Positions 30,056-39,187 of a DNA stretch of 64,000 nucleotides are shown here, one piece after another. The notes under the pieces were generated by a model. It did not search any database. It was not told where the DNA came from and saw only the letters and a list, made by a program, of their open reading frames with translations. The translations under genes were made by a program, and so were the position numbers. The stretch's first letter is position 1. Every line of letters begins with the position of its first letter. The stretch is from an uncultured virus (IMG/VR IMGVR_UViG_3300027977_000026) (lineage: Duplodnaviria > Heunggongvirae > Uroviricota > Caudoviricetes). The stretch lies in the IMG/VR virus record IMGVR_UViG_3300027977_000026. One strand, written 5' to 3'.

Positions 30056-30444
30056 AAATTGATCTTAGAATTAATTTCATCTAAAATAGTTTTAACATAT
30101 TGAGGATAAATTATTTTAAGTTGTGTGCCGGGGACTGGGTAATCAATAGGGTTTTGAATATTGTTAACTATGCAAATTAACCACCACAAATTCATTGTTT
30201 TATATTCATTGTAACTAATTACAGTCCATGCTGTTTTACGTGATATTTTTACCACATAAAAATAGGATGGTGATATATCTACAGGAAGGCACACATTATT
30301 CAGAAGATTGTAAAAATACTGGTTGTCATTAGTAGTATACATCCTGAAAATATTCTCGTAACAGTTTTCAGACACATTCAATAGATTGTTTATATCATTG
30401 CGAAATAACCCCAGCGCTGAAGAGCCGTCGAATAACGTACTCAT
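30052..30444 (-). CDS. gp53: Baseplate wedge protein, gp53-like (LysM-type)
   Basis: 130 aa; ISYNEYKTMNLWWLICIVNNIQNP. Confidence 0.75.
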   Translation of the reverse strand: MSTLFDGSSALGLFRNDINNLLNVSENCYENIFRMYTTNDNQYFYNLLNNVCLPVDISPSYFYVVKISRKTAWTVISYNEYKTMNLWWLICIVNNIQNPIDYPVPGTQLKIIYPQYVKTILDEINSKINL

Positions 30445-31805
30445 ATGGATGGGTTACCTACAAAGTTTCTAATGTCGTCAGATGGTCTTCTGGTACTGGA
30501 AACATTTATTAACTGCTGTTTATCAGTAAGCATGGCATATAAAAAGTTTTGAGATTCAGCTACTAGAGGTGTTAAAGTTATAGACACCTCATAAGCATCA
30601 GGAACTATGGTGTCAATGGGCACACCTCCACCTTGCACAGGCACAGTTAGAAACATCTTTCTCCTGTTACCTATGTAATCTATTGTCATTTTACTTATGT
30701 ATGCAAAAGGAAAATATTTTACGCCTGGTATTGTAACCTCATAAATGACTGGTGGATCTATTAAATCCCTAGTCTTTCTATTTGGTCTGTTTTGATAGGT
30801 GAGCATGAACAGAAGTTGCCAATTGTTTAGTACATCTTCAAATGTTGAATGCCCGGAATTAATCAGAGGGAACGTGAAGTTTATTGGTGTACCACCAGAG
30901 GGAAATTCATAAAATTTTGGTTTTTCTATATAAATTCCTGGCTCGAAAATATTTACGTTTCTAGATGTTGAAACGGCACCTTGGTACGCCATATCTCTTA
31001 TATTACTAAAAAATCCATATGGTCCATATTCATAGTCAAAAGATGAAGAATTTAAAATTTTATCATTCTCACCAAAACTATTGCCTACCTGGTTTTGGTT
31101 TTTATTAAAATATGGCATTCTATAGAAAAATCTAGTATCCTCAGTTATATACAACCCTTCGTAGGCTTGCAACACATCACTTCCTAACCCTTCAATGTTA
31201 ATATTTGCAGGTAGTTGACTCAATAGACCTCCTGCCAGATTAGATATTCCATTCAAAGCTCCTTGGAAAATATCTGTTGCTGCGCCTATGCTTCCATTTT
31301 GACTGAGATTGCCTAAAATACCTCCTGCAGCAAAGCCGCCTGTAGCGCCAGTGAGTAATCTTCCTAATGGTCCTAAAGCTGCACCAAATGCACCACCAGC
31401 TGATGCACCAGTGGCAAACCCCAATGCTTGTGCCTGTCCTTGAGTCAAATTGCCAAAAGCATTAATGCCTGATTGCAATGCACCTGCAACCGTGCCAGTA
31501 TAGTAAAGAGCCTGGGCAATAAGTGCATTTGTTTTCAATCTCTTTTCTCTCAATTGTATCTCTGGAACTTCATACCTGCCGCTCTTGGGTGTTGTGGTCC
31601 ATTGAAAATCATAAATTACATCCACAGTTGATCCTACACCTGTTTGCTGTGCAATGAAATTATTGCTACCAGAAAACAAACCACCAGTAATATTGTTAAA
31701 ATTACCACCTCCAGCACCTGGAGGCACAAGCCTAGGTGCACCGCTATAAAATTTATTAGGTTGTGATTGTGGTGCAGGTGTTGTTTCGAAATCGTACAAA
31801 ATCAT
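30441..31805 (-). CDS. gp48: Baseplate tail-tube cap, gp48-like
   Basis: 454 aa; Gly/Ala-rich middle, PINFTFPL, PPVIYEV, AYISKMTIDY, YEVSITL. Confidence 0.55.
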   Translation of the reverse strand: MILYDFETTPAPQSQPNKFYSGAPRLVPPGAGGGNFNNITGGLFSGSNNFIAQQTGVGSTVDVIYDFQWTTTPKSGRYEVPEIQLREKRLKTNALIAQALYYTGTVAGALQSGINAFGNLTQGQAQALGFATGASAGGAFGAALGPLGRLLTGATGGFAAGGILGNLSQNGSIGAATDIFQGALNGISNLAGGLLSQLPANINIEGLGSDVLQAYEGLYITEDTRFFYRMPYFNKNQNQVGNSFGENDKILNSSSFDYEYGPYGFFSNIRDMAYQGAVSTSRNVNIFEPGIYIEKPKFYEFPSGGTPINFTFPLINSGHSTFEDVLNNWQLLFMLTYQNRPNRKTRDLIDPPVIYEVTIPGVKYFPFAYISKMTIDYIGNRRKMFLTVPVQGGGVPIDTIVPDAYEVSITLTPLVAESQNFLYAMLTDKQQLINVSSTRRPSDDIRNFVGNPSI

Positions 31806-33244
31806 AATGTGACTCCTGGTGTACTGTGTCTAAGCACTCTTGTTGCAACATCGTTAGCTGTACCAGGGTTTCTCATTTGCTGTCTGTATCTGGCCAGATT
31901 TAATTGATTGTAAGTGTCATTATAGGAGCCATTTTTATTTCCGGCACCACCCTCTCCTTGATTAACAAATGTGTTATTACCGCCAAGATTACTTAAATTG
32001 TTGTTCATTGCTCTGAGAGTGTTGCTAATACCTATCATAATATTAGCTATATTTAAAAAATTCTTATCGTTGTTCTGTGAAAGGTTTACTATTTGTTTAG
32101 ATATTTCAGATACTAAGGTCTCTAGGGAATTTACAGATTCAGGAGATTCTGTAGCTTCTTCAGGCATAAATCTATATTCTGATTGAGCTACCCCAGGTAT
32201 AGATTCAGCAGGTGAAGGTTGGTTGTTCTCTACTTTTGAGTTATCTGTATTTTCACTAAATTCTTGACCATTATCTATGCTTTCTGGTGATTCTTGCTCA
32301 GGTAATGCTACTGTAGTTGGTTCAGATATTTCTTCAGAATTAATTTGAGCAATTTCTTGTGCACTTTCATTGATCTCAGCTGGTTCAGTCTCGGGATTAA
32401 CTTTTACATCTGAAGAATCTATAGAGCTGCTCTTGTTTTTACTAACCACATTAATTACTGGGGGTTCTTTCTCTGGACCTATTTCTTGCTGTTCAGTCTC
32501 CTGTACTGGTTCTACTAAAGATTCAGAATCTTCTTTCAAATCAGAAATTTTATAAAAATTATCTTGAGATTTTTCAGAAATTTTCTCTGTTACGCTATTA
32601 ATACTAACAACCGGTTCAACATTCTCTAGACTCTTTTCATCAGTATTTTCATTAATCTCATCCACAGAAACAGCCTCTGAGACATTTGCTTTGCTTGAAA
32701 CCTCAGGCTCTGTTACTGTATTAATTTTCTCCTCTACAGTAGCTTCGCCTTTGTCAACACTACTAGGTCCACTAAACTCAACAATATCCTTACTGTCTTT
32801 ACTGTCTACTAATTCGCTTATTTGGTTTTTTACAATGTTAAACCAATCAGGCATGTTATCAGTTGGCTTGTCTTCTTTTGTTTGAGTCTTAGTATTGGTC
32901 TCAGGCCTATCCTGCAATATGTCTGTCTCTTTGTTTATAACATTATCTTCTTCGGCTTGCTCAGCATCATCATTAACATCACTCTTAATTGGATCTTCCT
33001 TTATGCTTATGCTGGTAATATTGCTTTCATCTTGCTTGGTAGCATTTGAATTTTTATCTGAATCCTTATTTTTATTATCTGTACCAAGTACCGGTTTGTC
33101 CAATACAATGCTATTAGTGGGCTTGGCAGCTTGATTATTTTTTGAAATTTCATCCAAAAGAGTATTTTGTTTTTCTATGGAGCTCAATATGCTATTAAGC
33201 TTAATAGTCTCATCAAACTGCTCTTGTTGGGTTTCTAGATCCAT
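31802..33244 (-). CDS. Acidic low-complexity protein in the gp29 (tape measure) position
   Basis: 480 aa, E/S/D/N/P-rich; perfect TATAAATA upstream; lies between gp26/51-like and gp48-like genes. Confidence 0.45.
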   Translation of the reverse strand: MDLETQQEQFDETIKLNSILSSIEKQNTLLDEISKNNQAAKPTNSIVLDKPVLGTDNKNKDSDKNSNATKQDESNITSISIKEDPIKSDVNDDAEQAEEDNVINKETDILQDRPETNTKTQTKEDKPTDNMPDWFNIVKNQISELVDSKDSKDIVEFSGPSSVDKGEATVEEKINTVTEPEVSSKANVSEAVSVDEINENTDEKSLENVEPVVSINSVTEKISEKSQDNFYKISDLKEDSESLVEPVQETEQQEIGPEKEPPVINVVSKNKSSSIDSSDVKVNPETEPAEINESAQEIAQINSEEISEPTTVALPEQESPESIDNGQEFSENTDNSKVENNQPSPAESIPGVAQSEYRFMPEEATESPESVNSLETLVSEISKQIVNLSQNNDKNFLNIANIMIGISNTLRAMNNNLSNLGGNNTFVNQGEGGAGNKNGSYNDTYNQLNLARYRQQMRNPGTANDVATRVLRHSTPGVTL

Positions 33245-33250
33245 ATGTTA

Positions 33251-33258
33251 TATTTATA
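33251..33258 (-). promoter_or_regulatory. T4-type late promoter TATAAATA
   Basis: Exact match, 6 nt before ATG 33244. Confidence 0.8.
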
Positions 33259-33269
33259 CTGTATTTTTG

Positions 33270-34091
33270 TTATGAGGTTTTTAATTTCTTAGAAATAGCT
33301 CTTTGTTCTTGTTTATAATGATTGATATACACATCACACTCAAGAGGCGTCATATCCATAATATCTTTAACATTGAAACCAACTTTATTGATCAAAATGT
33401 ATTTTTTCTCATGAAACACATTTGACCAGAGTGAATACAATCGTTTCACATGTTCGAACAAAGTGTTATCGGTAATCCTGAATGACGGGCTCTTGACACC
33501 GAATTCCTCCAATCTGGATAATAACTTAAAACTATAATCATCCAATTCATTAGATATATTGGATTTGGCCAGCTGCTTTAATGTAGCAGACATTTTGCCC
33601 AGAATAATATCCTTCTCTTTTTCTCTTAAAATTACTTCCTCTTTGTTGATCACAGCTGCAATCAAACTCTCCTTCAATATGTCCTGTGTAGCAAGACTGC
33701 GTGGCACTGTAAATACAAGCTCAGCATCTTGTATGTTAATAAAAATTCTATCCTTTAATGTTTTATCTGAAATTTTTTCTAGCATCTCCAATATAGAGAT
33801 ATCAGCTGCAGCAGTATTATTTTCCTTAGTTTTTACTTTATATACACTTACCGGTGAAATGCATACCGCTCTTAAAAAACACAAAACAAACCATTTATCA
33901 AATTTATTGATTTCAATTTTATCAGGTAAATTTTTGATTAACACTTCATCGAAGCATTTCTCTAGCCCTTCATCATCATTATTGAGAATATATTTTAATA
34001 TGAGTTCATACTGGTAAAAATTTAATTCCTTCAATCTAAAATAATTTTTTTGACTTGGAATCCAGCAGAGAAAATTAAAACTATTCATCAA
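33270..34091 (-). CDS. Baseplate hub assembly protein, gp26-like with gp51-like C-terminus
   Basis: 273 aa; FDKWFVLCFLRAVCI, C-terminal DIMDMTPLECDVYI. Confidence 0.55.
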   Translation of the reverse strand: MMNSFNFLCWIPSQKNYFRLKELNFYQYELILKYILNNDDEGLEKCFDEVLIKNLPDKIEINKFDKWFVLCFLRAVCISPVSVYKVKTKENNTAAADISILEMLEKISDKTLKDRIFINIQDAELVFTVPRSLATQDILKESLIAAVINKEEVILREKEKDIILGKMSATLKQLAKSNISNELDDYSFKLLSRLEEFGVKSPSFRITDNTLFEHVKRLYSLWSNVFHEKKYILINKVGFNVKDIMDMTPLECDVYINHYKQEQRAISKKLKTS

Positions 34092-35035
34092 AAGAACCCA
34101 GCCGCATTAAAGATATTTGTTCCATTTTGTGCAGCATTTTGCAGAGGTGAAACTTGCGGTATATTAGAACCATTTACTATTCCTTGAACTCTATTAATAA
34201 TATCTGGCAATGGAAAGTATAAGCTGTTTTGAATAGTATAATTGGTATATGTCCAATATGTTGAGTAACTAGCTATTTTGTCATTATCATAGGTATAGGG
34301 CTGATCTACTATGGCGTGTGGTACGCAATTGTAAAATGTAAATACTTTTCTGGGTATTTGGCTTATGTTTTGATAACTTCTGGTATAACACATGAGAGTA
34401 ATTATCGATTTCATGTTTAGTTTATCTTTGGATCCAGGCACATCTCCAGGGCGAGCCACCAATCCAAAATGACTGGCCATTATGACCCACGGTCTTATAA
34501 CAAAATCTATGAAACTGGTATTGGTTTCTAGAAAGGTAAGAGTGAGCCTGTTTTGATTGTATGCATATCTATCCCCTGCGGCAACACCTTGAATGAAACC
34601 TCTGTTGTTGTCAATGTTGATGTTGTTAACTTCAAAGCCTTCTTGCGGTATATCAACACCTTGGGCAAATACACAACCTATTACTTTTTGCAGAGGGAAG
34701 CTTGTCAAGACAGTTTTAGCTTGGTCTATATTGTAACCTTTTCTTGCACCATCAGTTCTTTCTAAATTTTGGAGCAATGTATTGTTTAGTGCTGCAGGGT
34801 ATGAATCTATGATAGCTATCCATTGACTTTGCGTGGGTATGGAAGTCAGCCAACTCTCCATTTGCAGCAAAAAGTAGTCTCTGGTAGATATTAGTGGTAC
34901 ACCAGGGATATTGAATCCAAATAAATCGGTAATTTGAGGCTGTGTTAATGAATTGGTGCCTCTGCCTATATCTACAAGATTATTTGTTAATCCAGTAAAG
35001 GCATCAGTGAGAGGGTTTCCTAGACCACCAGGCAT
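34088..35035 (-). CDS. Tail tube-fold protein, gp54-like tube initiator
   Basis: 315 aa; AQGVDIP, LTLTFLET, FTFYNCVP tube-fold motifs; follows gp19. Confidence 0.55.
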   Translation of the reverse strand: MPGGLGNPLTDAFTGLTNNLVDIGRGTNSLTQPQITDLFGFNIPGVPLISTRDYFLLQMESWLTSIPTQSQWIAIIDSYPAALNNTLLQNLERTDGARKGYNIDQAKTVLTSFPLQKVIGCVFAQGVDIPQEGFEVNNINIDNNRGFIQGVAAGDRYAYNQNRLTLTFLETNTSFIDFVIRPWVIMASHFGLVARPGDVPGSKDKLNMKSIITLMCYTRSYQNISQIPRKVFTFYNCVPHAIVDQPYTYDNDKIASYSTYWTYTNYTIQNSLYFPLPDIINRVQGIVNGSNIPQVSPLQNAAQNGTNIFNAAGFF

Positions 35036-35067
35036 GTATATATTTAATAGAAACTACAAAATTACAG

Positions 35068-35610
35068 TTAAGCTTTCTTAACAAAATAATGATAAGACAT
35101 GGCCACATTGAAGTTCACTGGTGCACCGGCTCCGGTGAAGTCATACTTGATGTCACCAACTTCTTTTATACTAACACCTACCAATTGATACTGTGCAACT
35201 TTTTCCAATTGATTATCTAGTTGAATCAAATCAATTGTGCTGGATTGTGTGGGGGTAAAGTAATTGCCGGTGCTATTGGTATCATTGAAAGTATCTCTTG
35301 TCCAAGTTTCAAACTTGGTTCTAATGTTGTTCTTTGCATCATTAAAGAATTGCAAAGAGTAATTGCTACTATTAGGATAAGTTGCAACACCAGGGATATT
35401 AAAGTTTAATCCCATGTATTTCACCTCGTTTATGTTGATGGCTCTTGCTGGTAGAGTAGCTGCTCTTGCATATACTAAATCGTTTTCATCAAACGTTACA
35501 GTTGAGCCGCCAGGAGAGATGCTAAGCACTCTGAAGTGAATATCACGCTGGAAGTCGCGTGCTGCTGCTATTCTATAAAAGTCTGCTATGGTTTGTTTTA
35601 TGGCGGGCAT
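35068..35610 (-). CDS. gp19: Tail tube protein, gp19-like
   Basis: 180 aa; ARAATLPAR, IRTKFETW, LIQLD, FNVAMSYHYF; directly follows sheath. Confidence 0.85.
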   Translation of the reverse strand: MPAIKQTIADFYRIAAARDFQRDIHFRVLSISPGGSTVTFDENDLVYARAATLPARAININEVKYMGLNFNIPGVATYPNSSNYSLQFFNDAKNNIRTKFETWTRDTFNDTNSTGNYFTPTQSSTIDLIQLDNQLEKVAQYQLVGVSIKEVGDIKYDFTGAGAPVNFNVAMSYHYFVKKA

Positions 35611-35628
35611 GGTTATTTATTTATTCCT

Positions 35629-38493
35629 TTACGCTAGGAGCTCCTGGAAGTTTTGACTAGTGCGGGTTGCATAAAAGCTCACCAAGATGAACTCAGCAGT
35701 ACGTACTGGTTTCAGGTACAGATCCACTTTGAGCTCATTATTATCAATAACATCAGGTGTGTTATTGCGTTCATCGCATATGATCAAGTAATCATAGACG
35801 CCATCTGTATTTTTAGCATTCTCAAAGATGGGTGTCAATGTGTTGATAACCTGTGTGCGTGTGAAGAGTGTGTTTGGTTCGAATACAAAGTATTTCACTG
35901 TATTGCGAGTCAATGTCTCCAGAGTCAAGAACAATCTACGCACATTGATGCGATCAAATGCGCTGGGTTTCTTGAGGGCAGTCTTTTGACCATATATTAC
36001 AAACCCTTCCACAGGGAAGAATGTGACTGGGTTGAGACTGATCTTGTAAAGTTGATCGCGTTGCTTCTGCTTGGGATATACACCCAGATCATTCACACCC
36101 AACAACACACCACGTGTAAAGCCTGCTGGTGCAAACCATGGTTGGAAGTTAGCATCAGTGTTGCCCATTGCTGCCGCTGCAAAGCCGCTGAACGGCACCC
36201 ATATTTGACGATTTGTCACATTGTCAAGTACTTGTGCACAGTTTGCATATATTGCTGCATAGCTAGTATCTGTTATGCCAAACTGATGTCTCAATGGCCA
36301 GTAGATGTGCTGACTGAAATTAGTTGAAACAAATCCAGGAGCAGTTGGATTGGGTGCCTCACCAGCATTAGGTCCAAAAAGTTTCTTGCTGTTTATCACC
36401 TTGGCATTATCACCCTGCACAAATATGTTTCTGATAGGATCCAATATTACCATGAAGTCTTTGCGTTGGTTTTGTGCTTGGTTTACAAACACACTAGCAA
36501 CTGCATTGTAATTGGCTCTTAAGCGCAGACCTTCATCAGACAGCTCTTCACTGTTGGTGGTGTACCATGCACTGAGGGCATTTAAAGGTTCTGAATCAAT
36601 GAATGGACCTGTGCCAGAAAGCGGAAGACCACCAGCCAATGTTCTTTCAACTGCATTAACATAGATGGTTCCAAGACCTGCTTCACATGCAACACTGATG
36701 GGATACAGATCAGGATTTTCTACCAGCTCAAACACTCTCTCAAGCTTATCAGGCAAGTTTCCAATGTCTTTGTTGGTTGCCACAGTGTCATTGTACACAC
36801 CAATTGGGAACAATGCATTTGTTGTGCCCATTTGGGTCAGTAATGTGCCCACTACTGCTGATGGTGCACCAACTCTTGTGCTATAAGACGTGGCATTATC
36901 TGTGAAGCCCTGCACATTGAACGGCAACGCCAATCTATCTGAAAGGAATCTTACTTTCCTAGAAGGCACACCATCATCATTGAGCCATGTATTGTCATAG
37001 CGATCATTCAAGAAAGGATTCACAATTGTATTGACATTGGGCGAGCTGGCTTGCTGCTGGCCCAAGTAGAAGCTAATTGCTGGGCCACCATTCTGATCAG
37101 CAATTTGACGATGAAAATCAAGTGAACCTGCATAAGTTTCAGATGCAATATAATCAAGAGCAATCACATCAGGTGAGAAAACACTTTGACGCAACTTGTA
37201 CAATCCAAATAACACTGTATCATCAAATATGCGTGAACTGATATCAAACTTGGATATATTCTCTTGCACTTCACTGATACTGGAGCCATCACCAAACTTT
37301 GATGCACTGAGTGGGAAGTTCAACCTGGCACGCGGAATTTCAATATAGCTGTTTGAATCTGCATTAGAAGCAAGTGTGTTTATATTGAGAATGCCATCAA
37401 ATGGTGTTGCAGGATTATTGTTATTGTTATCTGTTATACCAATATAATATCCTTCAAACTTGGAATTGATTGTGGTCTGAGATTTGTTGAGAACAATGAA
37501 CCCAGACTCGCCCAATGTGTTGTAGGTATATGGTGTGTTCTTGCTTGTTACTGATGGTGTAGCAGACCAATTGACATTGTTATTGAGCAACTCTTGATAT
37601 TGTTCGACGCTCAATTCTATGTGCGTTGGTGTGCCAAAGAAATAAGTTGTTGCTGCCGACAGACTGCTAACAACACCACCAGAAACTGCGGCAATGGCAT
37701 TTGTGCCTGGTGTGTATGATATGGCAAATTGTGTTGACCCTACACCTGCATATGCTGCATATGTTACTGGTGCTGTCGCAACTGCACCACCCACCGTGTT
37801 GGTGATCTGCACATTGAATGCAGAGGTTGTGGTGTTGTATGTGCCTATTGATGTCAAGCCACCGTTGATGGTGTTGTCAATGGCACTCAGAGTGCGTGAT
37901 AACAGCTGTTGCGGTGTCATGCTATCGTCAATAACAATGGTAGCACTCAAGGATGATGCAATACCGTGAAATACTGGAGTGTTGCCATTGATGGCATATC
38001 CGAAATCATAAACAGTGCCACTGGCCAATCCAATGAGGAAACCAGAGCCAGAAAGTGTTGATGCAAGAGACACACCATATGCAGAATAATCACCAATGGT
38101 GTTGGTAAGGGTTACAACTTGCTTGCCTGCAGATACTGCTGCAGTATCACTGGCATTATTGTAAGATACAACTGGATAAACTAATGCACTATATTTCCAT
38201 TGATCAAATCCTTCTCCCAATGCCACACCATAAGGTAAACGAGATACTAACAGTTGTGAAGGGGATTGAAATGCAGCCTTTACTGTGTGGTAAAAATATC
38301 TCTCTGCAGCGTTGGTTGGTGAACCATAAATTTGTTCAAACTCACTCAGACTTGTTGGTTGAATGATTTCATCTATGGGGCCTTGATTGGAGAAACCGGT
38401 GATAAGAATGGATGTGCCCTGACTAGTGACTCCTCTGAGCGACAAATCAACCTCACGTATCTCTACTCCGGGGCTTTGAATTGTTCTTGCCAT
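35629..38493 (-). CDS. gp18: Tail sheath protein, gp18-like, enlarged
   Basis: 954 aa; SPGVEIREVDLS, PWFAPAGFTRG, GQKT, AFDRINVRRLF, FEPN, CDERNNTPDVID. Confidence 0.97.
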   Translation of the reverse strand: MARTIQSPGVEIREVDLSLRGVTSQGTSILITGFSNQGPIDEIIQPTSLSEFEQIYGSPTNAAERYFYHTVKAAFQSPSQLLVSRLPYGVALGEGFDQWKYSALVYPVVSYNNASDTAAVSAGKQVVTLTNTIGDYSAYGVSLASTLSGSGFLIGLASGTVYDFGYAINGNTPVFHGIASSLSATIVIDDSMTPQQLLSRTLSAIDNTINGGLTSIGTYNTTTSAFNVQITNTVGGAVATAPVTYAAYAGVGSTQFAISYTPGTNAIAAVSGGVVSSLSAATTYFFGTPTHIELSVEQYQELLNNNVNWSATPSVTSKNTPYTYNTLGESGFIVLNKSQTTINSKFEGYYIGITDNNNNNPATPFDGILNINTLASNADSNSYIEIPRARLNFPLSASKFGDGSSISEVQENISKFDISSRIFDDTVLFGLYKLRQSVFSPDVIALDYIASETYAGSLDFHRQIADQNGGPAISFYLGQQQASSPNVNTIVNPFLNDRYDNTWLNDDGVPSRKVRFLSDRLALPFNVQGFTDNATSYSTRVGAPSAVVGTLLTQMGTTNALFPIGVYNDTVATNKDIGNLPDKLERVFELVENPDLYPISVACEAGLGTIYVNAVERTLAGGLPLSGTGPFIDSEPLNALSAWYTTNSEELSDEGLRLRANYNAVASVFVNQAQNQRKDFMVILDPIRNIFVQGDNAKVINSKKLFGPNAGEAPNPTAPGFVSTNFSQHIYWPLRHQFGITDTSYAAIYANCAQVLDNVTNRQIWVPFSGFAAAAMGNTDANFQPWFAPAGFTRGVLLGVNDLGVYPKQKQRDQLYKISLNPVTFFPVEGFVIYGQKTALKKPSAFDRINVRRLFLTLETLTRNTVKYFVFEPNTLFTRTQVINTLTPIFENAKNTDGVYDYLIICDERNNTPDVIDNNELKVDLYLKPVRTAEFILVSFYATRTSQNFQELLA

Positions 38494-38497
38494 AAAA

Positions 38498-38530
38498 TTA
38501 CTTTGAAACCTCCGAAAAATTGGTAGTCAT
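38498..38530 (-). other. Candidate 10-codon upstream ORF (MTTNFSEVSK) ahead of the sheath gene
   Basis: ATG ACT ACC AAT TTT TCG GAG GTT TCA AAG TAA, then TTTT and the sheath ATG; AATAAATA 8 nt upstream. Confidence 0.4.
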
Positions 38531-38581
38531 ATCAGTTTTATTTATTGTTCCTTGGCATACTTTTGTACAGACTTGTCAAAG

Positions 38582-38589
38582 TATTTATA
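38582..38589 (-). promoter_or_regulatory. T4-type late promoter TATAAATA upstream of sheath
   Basis: Exact match overlapping gp3 stop; second box AATAAATA at 38539-38546. Confidence 0.7.
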
Positions 38590-39184
38590 GCAATTCCATT
38601 GTCCACTGAGAGTAACCGAATTCAAAAGTTGATTGCATTTCACTAGGATCGCGTTCATTATAAGTTATTCCATCCAATCTAACTGGGAATGCTTTTAGAT
38701 AATTAAATCTTGCTACCTTGTTATTATATTCGTCCAAACCATATATTGTTACGTTGGTCTGATATCTGTTTAATTTGCCCTCATCTCCAGGCTTATTGGC
38801 ATTATAAAAGCTTTGTGTTTCATTATTAAGTATATCTAGCCATTTGTAAATGACAAAATAATTATTAAACATATTATCAACAGTAAAATTAACAACCAAA
38901 CAAGGACATTCCGGTCTGGCGTAAGAAGTTATTTTGGTTGTTTGACCGGCATATGATAAGGAGACAGAAGGCACTACCAATGCTGGTACCACTGCACCAT
39001 AAACACTGAACTGCAATGAATCAAAATTTACTGTTCCATACTTTTTACCTAGTTTATTAATATCATCTCTTAATATTTCTGGTATAGTTAAAACCAATAA
39101 AAACTTATCTTTGCGCTGCTTATTAAAAGGACTCTGTATTACAGGTGTCTGATTTACTGGTGTTTGATCTGTTGGTGTGACCAT
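38585..39184 (-). CDS. gp3: Tail tube terminator/sheath stabiliser, gp3-like
   Basis: 199 aa; LVVNFTVDNMFNNYFVIYKWL, AFPVRLDGITY, STFEFGY. Confidence 0.75.
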   Translation of the reverse strand: MVTPTDQTPVNQTPVIQSPFNKQRKDKFLLVLTIPEILRDDINKLGKKYGTVNFDSLQFSVYGAVVPALVVPSVSLSYAGQTTKITSYARPECPCLVVNFTVDNMFNNYFVIYKWLDILNNETQSFYNANKPGDEGKLNRYQTNVTIYGLDEYNNKVARFNYLKAFPVRLDGITYNERDPSEMQSTFEFGYSQWTMELL

Positions 39185-39187
39185 AGT

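Noticed and set aside
35653..36327. 224-aa plus-strand ORF and other antisense ORFs in the track
   Set aside because: Opposite well-conserved genes such as gp18; composition not protein-like
38557..38584. Weak hairpin and TTGACA upstream of sheath
   Set aside because: Short AT-rich stem without a U tract; no -10 box at suitable spacing
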